Part shown: positions 56,341 to 64,000 of the stretch, one piece after another
Numbering within the stretch: position 1 is the stretch's first letter
Layout of the letters: each line of letters begins with the position of its first letter
Assembly (NCBI GenBank): GCA_965140415.1
Contig: OZ223209.1
Span: forward strand, 2,080,001-2,144,000
Length of the DNA: 64,000 nt
Source of the DNA: Myxococcota bacterium
GTDB taxonomy: Bacteria > Myxococcota_A > SURF-8
Direction: 5' to 3'
Position numbers and translations under genes: made by a program
Notes under the pieces: model-generated
What the model saw: only the letters and a program-made list of their open reading frames with translations
Told to the model about the DNA's origin: nothing
Database searches by the model: none

Positions 56341-56658
56341 ATGTCAGAATACCGCAGCATAAAGAGTCAGGAAAAGTTGGACAGAATCCTGCATGACCTT
56401 TTTGATTTTATCCGCAATGAACCCGATAAGACCCGTCAATCATTTGTATCATGGCTAGTAAAGGAACTCGGATTCAGGTTCGATATGGATGTAAAAGTCA
56501 TGCCACCACAGGACATCAGCAAGCTGATAACATACCAGCGAAACACACTCTGGACTTTCAAATCCCTGTTGGAGAACCCGGCCATGCGGGGACAAGCATA
56601 CGAGCAAATCCATGAGCTTCTGCATGATTTGCTAAACTACATGCAGAGGAATCGGTAA
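56341..56658 (+). CDS. Hypothetical protein
   Basis: ATG after AGGAGG; 105 aa. Confidence 0.55.
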   Translation: MSEYRSIKSQEKLDRILHDLFDFIRNEPDKTRQSFVSWLVKELGFRFDMDVKVMPPQDISKLITYQRNTLWTFKSLLENPAMRGQAYEQIHELLHDLLNYMQRNR

Positions 56659-56869
56659 AACGAACTCTCTCCACTCTTGACAGAGCTTTCCTGTGAACTT
56701 AGAAACAATACAATCTGCTTATAATATCCCCCTCGGAAAACACTTGAAACATTAAGGTCTTATCCGACAAGGATGGCTTTTTACTCAATATTGTGCTATC
56801 TTGACCCTAGATGATCTGAGACATTTTTGCTGTAATTCAATCAATTTAATCGGGGTGGAGACGGTTGAT

Positions 56870-58510
56870 ATGCCTAAAACTTCGAAATCCAATGCGAAAG
56901 TAAAGTCAACGGGAACCAAGCAAGACAAGATCGTAACTCCCAAATCTCGTACAAGCGCTTGTATCAACTTTCCAAGTCCCGATAGATACGCAGCAAAAGC
57001 AGCGAGAGTAATCATCCGCATAGAAGAGATTGCTGAAAAAAGCAGCATGTCAAAAGCACTGGAAATCGGTCGTTTTCTATTGGACGAATATTTTGGGGGA
57101 TCGGTCCAAAAATACAAGCAACGGGTGAAAAAAGCGGATTCCGCAAGCAATATTCAGTTTGATTATCTACTGTCCCTACCGAAACTCCAGGCGATTGGCT
57201 TGTCTCCTGTAACGTTGCGAAACTACATCAAAGTCGCTGGATATTATCCTGATTATCCGAAAGGAATTCGAGAGAACCTCCCCCTCGGAATTCAACAGGA
57301 ACTGGCGAGGATTACAAACAAACAAAAGCGCTTGGCTCTTGCAAAACGTGCGGTTGAAGAGAACTGGACATTTAGAAAAGCCAAACAAATTATAAGTGGT
57401 GAAAACGAAAACCATCGAGGCGGGGAAACAACCAATAGGGAATTCGATTTGGATTCCATCGACAAAATGATGCTCCGAATATGGGATAAATTGATATCTA
57501 CACAGAATGAACAATTACTCTCCGAAGCGCTTGGCAGAATAACCTTGCTCAATAAGCAGTTGCAGGGGGGACAACAGGTTTTATTGCATTCCTCTCCAAT
57601 CATTTTGAAATCCCAACCTCCAAAGAACAAACTTCCCATACCGTTCAGCTATTTCGGGGGAAAAAGCAAGGTCTGTAATTACTTGATTGATTGTATTAAA
57701 AGCTACTACGAGAAAACAGGAAAGGATTGGAAACTTTGTGAGGTCTTCGCTGGTGGTTTCTCTGTCTCTCAAGCAGCATTGGCTGATGGCTTTGTTGATA
57801 AGGTCTGGCTTAATGACCGAGATCCCCTCAATCAAGCATTTGTGAATTCCATTTACTATGACCATGAAAGATTGATCGAGGCTGTGTTGGCGGTCGAGGT
57901 GACCCACGAAACGCTCAGAGATAAAAGACTAGCCTTGAAAACAGGACTCTATGACAGCTGGTATTACGACGAATCACATGTTTACGACGAAGTGGTTTCA
58001 AGACTCATCATGTGGGAATGCAATATTATGAGCAAACCCGAAGGAATAACCTGGCAGGAGGGAGATCCTTCCAGATGGAATCCTGAACGAGTAGCAAATA
58101 GCATCGAGAAATTGCATTATATGCTACAGGGGCATATCGATGGAAGAGAGATTTCAGGTAGGGATTTTCGAGATATCCTTTTAGGAGACGCAATGAAAGG
58201 GAACCAAGATCTTTTTTTGTATCTTGATCCTCCATATATCCGATCCAAGTACCGACAGTATAAACACAATCTAACGGATGAGGACCATAAAACACTGGCG
58301 AGTATTCTCAATAAGGTCAAAGCCCCTTGGTTGATGACCATAGACGACCATCCAATGGTCGCCTATCTGTACCATCTCAATCACCGCGTGGAATGGATAA
58401 AAAACCGGGGAGAATATTGGATATGCTCTGGTTTGCATGAAAGCATTCTGGATCCAATTCTGAAATATGCTCAAATAAGTGAGGAGTCACCAGAATCGGG
58501 AGTGGCGTAA
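56870..58510 (+). CDS. Dam/D12-class N6-adenine DNA methyltransferase with a long N-terminal helical extension
   Basis: PFSYFGGKSK, EVFAGGFSV, LND, YLDPPY. Confidence 0.85.
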   Translation: MPKTSKSNAKVKSTGTKQDKIVTPKSRTSACINFPSPDRYAAKAARVIIRIEEIAEKSSMSKALEIGRFLLDEYFGGSVQKYKQRVKKADSASNIQFDYLLSLPKLQAIGLSPVTLRNYIKVAGYYPDYPKGIRENLPLGIQQELARITNKQKRLALAKRAVEENWTFRKAKQIISGENENHRGGETTNREFDLDSIDKMMLRIWDKLISTQNEQLLSEALGRITLLNKQLQGGQQVLLHSSPIILKSQPPKNKLPIPFSYFGGKSKVCNYLIDCIKSYYEKTGKDWKLCEVFAGGFSVSQAALADGFVDKVWLNDRDPLNQAFVNSIYYDHERLIEAVLAVEVTHETLRDKRLALKTGLYDSWYYDESHVYDEVVSRLIMWECNIMSKPEGITWQEGDPSRWNPERVANSIEKLHYMLQGHIDGREISGRDFRDILLGDAMKGNQDLFLYLDPPYIRSKYRQYKHNLTDEDHKTLASILNKVKAPWLMTIDDHPMVAYLYHLNHRVEWIKNRGEYWICSGLHESILDPILKYAQISEESPESGVA

Positions 58511-58512
58511 TG

Positions 58513-59334
58513 CTAAATACATAATTCCCATTCACATTCTTGACTATCCAGTATATTCGCTGCAAGTTGAAAACGGATTAGCCAGTCAATGTGTTCTTGA
58601 TTTAGAAATTGAAATTCCTCCTTAAAAGTAAATCTCTGATCTAAAACCGAAGATATTTCTCGTGAAGACGTTACAATTTGAAGTTCAAATAGCCCAAGGT
58701 TGTCTATATTAATTACGAAATGAACAGCTCGATAGGGATCCTGATGATAACGAGATCTTGGATTGAAATAATAGTTTCGACACCGTGAAATGTAATCAAT
58801 ATCGTGCATCCAGATAGAAACGCTCAAATCCAATAAAGCTTGAAGAGATGGAACAACAATTCGATATCGTACTAAATCCCAGAACGGAATCACAAATTCT
58901 CGTATCTGATCGGGAATCCGGTTACCTTTAAATTTCTTTGCTACTGATTCTGCGGATTTTAAACCACCATACCAGCAAACTATTGCTTCTCTAGGAACAT
59001 ATCCAATGTATGATTCAACCCGCTGATGAGCGGCTCTATCAACCTCACGGCGATGGTCCATATCGTACAACATATTCAACCATATTCTCGAATATGAGCA
59101 TAGAGGCTTCATTCCCACTTCTTGGACTCGTACAAACTGTCGTCTAACTCTATCCGTTTCATGAGCATGGATTGAATTAAGGATTTCCGTATTTTGTTCT
59201 GCTGTTTTGTCAATCATCAAAGCACGATGAAAGAATTCTTCGCGCCTTATTGGCGATCTTCCTTCCAATAACTCGCTGAAATTGTAATCTTTTGTTTCCA
59301 GGAGTTTCAAATGATTTCGTAAGTAGCTTTTCAT
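58513..59334 (-). CDS. RelA/SpoT-like small alarmone synthetase domain protein (divergent)
   Basis: LKSAESVAKK, DLVRYRIVV, NYYFNP...YRAVH, ELQIVT, LDQRFTFK occur in synthetase motif order. Confidence 0.72.
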   Translation of the reverse strand: MKSYLRNHLKLLETKDYNFSELLEGRSPIRREEFFHRALMIDKTAEQNTEILNSIHAHETDRVRRQFVRVQEVGMKPLCSYSRIWLNMLYDMDHRREVDRAAHQRVESYIGYVPREAIVCWYGGLKSAESVAKKFKGNRIPDQIREFVIPFWDLVRYRIVVPSLQALLDLSVSIWMHDIDYISRCRNYYFNPRSRYHQDPYRAVHFVINIDNLGLFELQIVTSSREISSVLDQRFTFKEEFQFLNQEHIDWLIRFQLAANILDSQECEWELCI

Positions 59335-59346
59335 GAGTTTTAATAT

Positions 59347-60252
59347 TTACGATAATTTCCCTTTTAATTTAAGTACATGCTCAACTCTAGGAACCAAACT
59401 TATTAGCGTAATTCTCTCTCCCATCACACGCATACGTAAAAAACCTTGATACATTAGCGTTTTCGCTCGGTAATACAGTTCATCTGCAATCATTTCAGTT
59501 ACGGGGCCTTGATTAATCATTCCTATAGATAGGTTTATTCGCTCAAGCAGGTCATCAACCGAAATCTCATCTCCTTCTGCTTGGCTATTGATGAGCTTTA
59601 TAATTTGTCTTTGGGTTCCAGTCATATCGCTCCATAGTTCGAGAATAATTCTTTCGTATTGCGGGTCATCAACTTTTGGAATTCTGAGAGTGGAATAGGA
59701 ATCGTGATAATTCGGTTCCGGCACCTCGGGAACTTTGACAGTGGAGACCAAGTGCCAAATCGATTTGGCGAAAGTTTCGAGTTTATCACGTCCATCTATT
59801 CCTGTATTTGTTCTTCCCCTCATTTGGTGCCAATCCAGGTATAATCTTGAAAGTAGATCTTCCTTCCATGTCTTAACATCATCACCACAAAATCCTTCAG
59901 TATTATTCACATCTATATAAAGTATGGGTAATATCAAATCGGATCTTCCTATTAATCTCTCTTGTTCTCTAAACCACAAGTATTCCTTATGACACCAATC
60001 ACTTTGAAAGTAGGTTGGAGAAAGAATTGGTACCATGCAACAACTTGTACTGATAAGGTGATGGATCCTAGTTTCTAGGTTTTGACCGTGTCTAACATTG
60101 AGACTGTCAATCATTAGATTTATTCTAGAACCGTGCAGCACTTCGATTGCTTTATGCAATCGATTCCTTAGGCTAGTTATCTCATTCTTATCATAGTCAT
60201 CAGCTGTCCTAGAATAACTCCAAAAAACCGAACCGAATTTTGGGGTATCCAT
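59347..60252 (-). CDS. TIR domain protein with a C-terminal winged-helix-like domain
   Basis: VFWSYSR, ILSPTYFQSDWCHKE (catalytic Glu position), ILPILY; GAGGAGG RBS. Confidence 0.85.
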   Translation of the reverse strand: MDTPKFGSVFWSYSRTADDYDKNEITSLRNRLHKAIEVLHGSRINLMIDSLNVRHGQNLETRIHHLISTSCCMVPILSPTYFQSDWCHKEYLWFREQERLIGRSDLILPILYIDVNNTEGFCGDDVKTWKEDLLSRLYLDWHQMRGRTNTGIDGRDKLETFAKSIWHLVSTVKVPEVPEPNYHDSYSTLRIPKVDDPQYERIILELWSDMTGTQRQIIKLINSQAEGDEISVDDLLERINLSIGMINQGPVTEMIADELYYRAKTLMYQGFLRMRVMGERITLISLVPRVEHVLKLKGKLS

Positions 60253-60265
60253 CAGCGCCCTCCTC

Positions 60266-61189
60266 TTAACATTTCGCAGCATATTTTAAAGTATGAATAA
60301 ACAGTTTGTGCTGAACTAACTTAAGATCTCTCAGTAATGATGGATAAGGCATGTCACAATCATTAGGCCTAATTGACGAATGGATTGTGCAATTTCTATT
60401 TGCGACCTGTGCTATCACCTCTGTTTTGTCGATAACAGCACGCAGAGCAACGGCAGTCTTCTCTAGATGTTTCACATAGTTGATTTTTAATGGAGAATTC
60501 CACAATCTAGCTCGTAACCATCTGTAGATCGTCCTTACTAACTCAAATTGAACAGAACCACCAGGGCCATGCTTTGGATCTGAAAAGGACTGGTCAGATA
60601 AAGCCCACCAACCATGTAAATACCTATCTAACTCTAATAGTTTGTTAAGATGCATAGGAACGGTATTCAGCATGGCTTTGTCAACTATCCTACAAAACTG
60701 ACTATATAATAAAGTATCCCCATCTGCAAGTTTACTGTTGGCGACGATCTGCCAAATTCTTCCATCAAGACAATCCTTTTCTAAACTCTTGACATCATAA
60801 AACAATACTGAAACTTTGCGATCTAATAAGTTGCTTAATTGTATCTTAATTTTGTTTCGCAATTCATCAGAATACAGTGGAGGAATCATATGAACGCCAA
60901 CTAAATCGATATCAGAATAATGTGATGGTGTCCCACGGGAGTATGAACCTGACAACAAAATAGTAATACTGTAGTTAACACATAAGCGTTTTATCTCAAG
61001 TGAAATTGCTTGTTGGGCTGATGCCAACAATGGTGCTACGATTCCATTGAAAAGAATAATGGCTTCTTTATAATAGCTATAATCGACAATTCTTTGTATT
61101 GTGGCTTGTACATGTGTAGAATTGAAAGAATTTTCTGAAAGGATCTGTGAAACATCTTGTTTTAAAGTGAGTTGGCAATTTTCGCCCAT
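60266..61189 (-). CDS. Pol-beta superfamily nucleotidyltransferase, GlnD/GlnE-like
   Basis: LSGSYSRG...SDIDL and downstream DPKHGPGG..QFE, similar to the GlnD/GlnE K.G.GG.RD.E motif. Confidence 0.75.
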   Translation of the reverse strand: MGENCQLTLKQDVSQILSENSFNSTHVQATIQRIVDYSYYKEAIILFNGIVAPLLASAQQAISLEIKRLCVNYSITILLSGSYSRGTPSHYSDIDLVGVHMIPPLYSDELRNKIKIQLSNLLDRKVSVLFYDVKSLEKDCLDGRIWQIVANSKLADGDTLLYSQFCRIVDKAMLNTVPMHLNKLLELDRYLHGWWALSDQSFSDPKHGPGGSVQFELVRTIYRWLRARLWNSPLKINYVKHLEKTAVALRAVIDKTEVIAQVANRNCTIHSSIRPNDCDMPYPSLLRDLKLVQHKLFIHTLKYAAKC

Positions 61190-61294
61190 GTTAATATCCT
61201 AAAACACTCGGAAGATCTGTTTAATACCAGAAACAGGCAATTCAACTAGTGGTCAAAAAGAATGCTCATCACCAATATCAATTAGTTAGCTAAT

Positions 61295-64000
61295 TCATAT
61301 AGAAACATCCAATACGAATGATTTTATCGTGTATGGTGGCTTGGAAAGATTTTTTGCTTCAGCTTCAAAATGCTTTATTGTCTGCTCCAAATCGTCATCG
61401 TGTTTGTGCTTCCCCATTTTTTTACGGTGTTTAGGGCAATCTTCATCCCAATCCTCACAGCAATACCAGCCAATAAGGTAAATTCCACTGGTGCAGGCGT
61501 ATTCATTGAGATACTGACCCAACAATTGATTTTCCATTGCTGTTTGCAAGTCTTTATTCCAGCATCCTTTGCACTCAATAATTACTGTTAATGGGTTTGA
61601 TTCATTTACACAAGGTACTTCTATTTTTATATCAGTTTTATCCTCTACATTTATAAGCGGTTCTCGATTGACAATAATATTTGATTGTTTTAGGTCATCT
61701 CGCAAATCGTTGGCGATGATTCTTGAAAATTCAAGTTCACCTTTGGATCTGTACGGCTTGTTGGTCCAAAAATCGAGATTGTGCCTTATCTGATTGTTTG
61801 ATATCTTTGCCTGTATTCTTGTAAGAGATTCTAGTACTATCGCTTGCAGGTCTTTTTCGGTGTTTACGATTCGCTTTTTGGGGTCTGAAAATAGAGCAAA
61901 CAATTCTCTCATTGTTGGGGGATTCCATGAATTCGCGATTAGGTTTTGTTTGGCAACTGGCACTCTCCATTTTAGCCAGTTTATTTCAGGAAACTCTTCT
62001 GAAAGTGTTTCGAGAATATTCACTCCAGCTTGAGTGTTTTTATTGTATATTTCCTCAAATATCATTTCACGAATTCTAGTTATATGCTGTCTGCTTGAAA
62101 CGATGCCATTTGGGGGAGGGGGATCTTCATTGTAAGGAAATATCTTGGTAAGGGAAATAAAGATTTTACCCAATATCTCTTCATCTGCATTTTCGAAGAA
62201 ATATTGGAAATATGAGCCGTGATTGTTTGCCAGTGACATGAAGAATTCTTTTCCAAACTCATCATTCCTGTTAATTGCATCAAGGATTTTTGTTACTGAT
62301 ACTATAGGGCGAAAGCGAAATAACGCCTTTGCGGCATATACAGCTATTCTCTGTAATGGATCATCGTTACTTGGAACTCGTTCGATAATGTCCAAAGCAT
62401 AATCCATCACTTCGGTACCGGATCCGTTTTCAAGTATTGTTTCTAAGATGTCAAAAAAGCATTCTGGACGTAGAGAATTTTCATATGCTTTTAAAGTTAA
62501 GGCTTTTTCGAAATCAGGATTCCATACCAGCTTGACCCGTTTAGGAACGGTTCTTGTCAAATCATTCCCATTACTATTCCCATCAATTATCGATATGAGG
62601 TAATCAGTCATTTTGGTTTTTGATATTGAGATAGCTTTTGTCAATAAGGGGGCAATTGCAACTTCATCGTCCCTGTTTCTTACTAACGGCATTTTCCACA
62701 GGACAGAGTTCCATTTTCTTAAAATATAGCCATCATTCGAATCCAGTATTTCTGGAGACACATCTGCAATTAGTTTTAGTGCAGCATATCCATAAGCCAT
62801 TTCGTTTGTAATATCTCTTGTTCTTATCCATTGGTCTGTTAGAGGATCTTGCTTTTCAAGATATTCAACTGCTATTTTTATATAACAGTCTCTCTCAACG
62901 CTATTAGCCGTGACCCAACCTGGTGATTGTGACAAATTCTTCAGTTTCTGAATGGATGGAGATGGAGAGGAGGATTTCGATTCTCGTGTTAACTCTGATG
63001 CGATGTTATTCCATAATTCGGTTTTCCCTTTGCTCTTAATATGTTTTAAGCAACGCTCAATTTTCTCTTTAGGATCAAGCCATTCCGATGTCATTTGAGG
63101 AATATGTGATATTTCTTTTTCAGATTCACGTTTTCGTGATTTAATTTCTTTCCCCGAAAAACAGCTAAAAATAGATGCAAGAGTATTGTCATCTTGAAAT
63201 GTACTGTACAATTCTTGTTTTTGCTCATCCTTGAAGTGACGGAAAATGTCCCTTAGTATAATTCCCCATTTCTCCCTTTCATTATGGGTATGTATTGAGC
63301 TTAGCTTTTCAATGGCCCAGCCAGAGTCTTCCGTTAATAAAACAAAATGATAGGTGTGATAGTTTTGCTCTGGAGAATATTCTGTTCTTTGCACCAATTC
63401 AGAAAACAGAATTCGTCTCGCTTTGCTATCTTCTTTTAGTATATCAGCGACTACATCATTATTTATGAACCTCCACTGATTAACAATTGTTTCTCCTTTC
63501 AATAATGTTTCAGCTAGTTTCCCTGCGACCTGCTCGTTTTCGATAAACTTCAATGACTTTTCGAAAATCTGTTCTGGTAGTCTTGCATAGTCGGAGTTGT
63601 CCCATTTATCAATTAATTGAGTCCAGAGAAGTGCATATATGAAATCCTCCTCTTTTAATTTTTCAGGTAGTTCATAGAGGAAGCTACGGTAGCTACCGCT
63701 GAATCTATTGTTTTTTATTGGAGTTATTAAGGTGAATAATTCTAAGGTTGAAAGTGTGTTAGGCCACAGTCGATTAAATACATTGCCCTTTAAAGTATCA
63801 TTAAGATCGGAGTCTGAATCTTCTTCAATGAGGGGTTTAAGGTTTAGTAAACTATCTTCACTGCCTATCTTGCAGATCGTTTCTGAAGCAACACAGCGAA
63901 TTTCATAGACCTCATCTTTATTGAGGGCGACCTCCAAGATATCATTCTGTATATCTAAGCAGTTACACTGCTTTGCAAATTCAATAGCAAAATACCTTGT
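61295..64000 (-). CDS. Large helical-repeat protein with a C-terminal PD-(D/E)xK-like nuclease domain; 5' end outside the window
   Basis: Frame is open to the window edge; C-terminal NRE...TDIKIE...IIECKGCWN...QL...YL...GIYLIGWY. Confidence 0.65.
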   Translation of the reverse strand, partial: TRYFAIEFAKQCNCLDIQNDILEVALNKDEVYEIRCVASETICKIGSEDSLLNLKPLIEEDSDSDLNDTLKGNVFNRLWPNTLSTLELFTLITPIKNNRFSGSYRSFLYELPEKLKEEDFIYALLWTQLIDKWDNSDYARLPEQIFEKSLKFIENEQVAGKLAETLLKGETIVNQWRFINNDVVADILKEDSKARRILFSELVQRTEYSPEQNYHTYHFVLLTEDSGWAIEKLSSIHTHNEREKWGIILRDIFRHFKDEQKQELYSTFQDDNTLASIFSCFSGKEIKSRKRESEKEISHIPQMTSEWLDPKEKIERCLKHIKSKGKTELWNNIASELTRESKSSSPSPSIQKLKNLSQSPGWVTANSVERDCYIKIAVEYLEKQDPLTDQWIRTRDITNEMAYGYAALKLIADVSPEILDSNDGYILRKWNSVLWKMPLVRNRDDEVAIAPLLTKAISISKTKMTDYLISIIDGNSNGNDLTRTVPKRVKLVWNPDFEKALTLKAYENSLRPECFFDILETILENGSGTEVMDYALDIIERVPSNDDPLQRIAVYAAKALFRFRPIVSVTKILDAINRNDEFGKEFFMSLANNHGSYFQYFFENADEEILGKIFISLTKIFPYNEDPPPPNGIVSSRQHITRIREMIFEEIYNKNTQAGVNILETLSEEFPEINWLKWRVPVAKQNLIANSWNPPTMRELFALFSDPKKRIVNTEKDLQAIVLESLTRIQAKISNNQIRHNLDFWTNKPYRSKGELEFSRIIANDLRDDLKQSNIIVNREPLINVEDKTDIKIEVPCVNESNPLTVIIECKGCWNKDLQTAMENQLLGQYLNEYACTSGIYLIGWYCCEDWDEDCPKHRKKMGKHKHDDDLEQTIKHFEAEAKNLSKPPYTIKSFVLDVSI

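Larger units (their letters stand above)
45118..64000. mobile_element. Integrative element (phage-satellite/IME-like genomic island) at the tRNA-Leu 3' end, continuing past the window
   Basis: Integrase immediately after the tRNA, excisionase-like HTHs, primase-helicase, second recombinase, methyltransferase, defence-like cargo, visible drop in GC; no second att copy seen in the window. Confidence 0.88.

Noticed and set aside
59347-61189. Calling the NTase-TIR pair CBASS or Thoeris
   Set aside because: The NTase carries a GlnD/GlnE-like motif rather than recognisable CD-NTase features, and no SAVED, STING, Macro or SIR2 domain was recognised.

Overview
This 64-kb bacterial window has two parts. 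(1) About 1-45.1 kb is GC-rich core chromosome. The gene set is suggestive of a Myxococcota/deltaproteobacteria-like organism (inference only). It carries serS, two GT4 glycosyltransferases, a FadH-like flavoenzyme, a pdxJ-like/nnr/tsaE/comEA operon, hemW-grpE-dnaK-dnaJ, mazG, a GAF/HD-GYP phosphodiesterase, a receiver/PEP-synthase-N protein behind gdhA, proS-pyrF-rlmB, mlaF/mlaD-like genes, a phosphosugar mutase, a dksA-like gene, a class II aldolase, a tandem PilZ protein and several lipoproteins with acidic DGD linkers. (2) From tRNA-Leu(CAG) at 45031-45117 to beyond the window end is an AT-richer integrative element. It encodes a tyrosine integrase, two small HTH/excisionase-like genes, a 1187-aa primase/Zn-finger/SF2-helicase replication protein, a cargo lipoprotein, a second short tyrosine recombinase next to a repeat-rich site, an orphan Dam-like methyltransferase and a very AT-rich candidate defence block. 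The strongest novelty candidate is a tight three-gene operon at 58513-61189: GlnD/GlnE-like nucleotidyltransferase, TIR plus winged-helix-like protein, and a divergent RelA/SpoT small alarmone synthetase. It lies downstream of a large, edge-truncated protein ending in a PD-(D/E)xK-like nuclease domain. All calls come from motif recognition by eye; no database searches were run.
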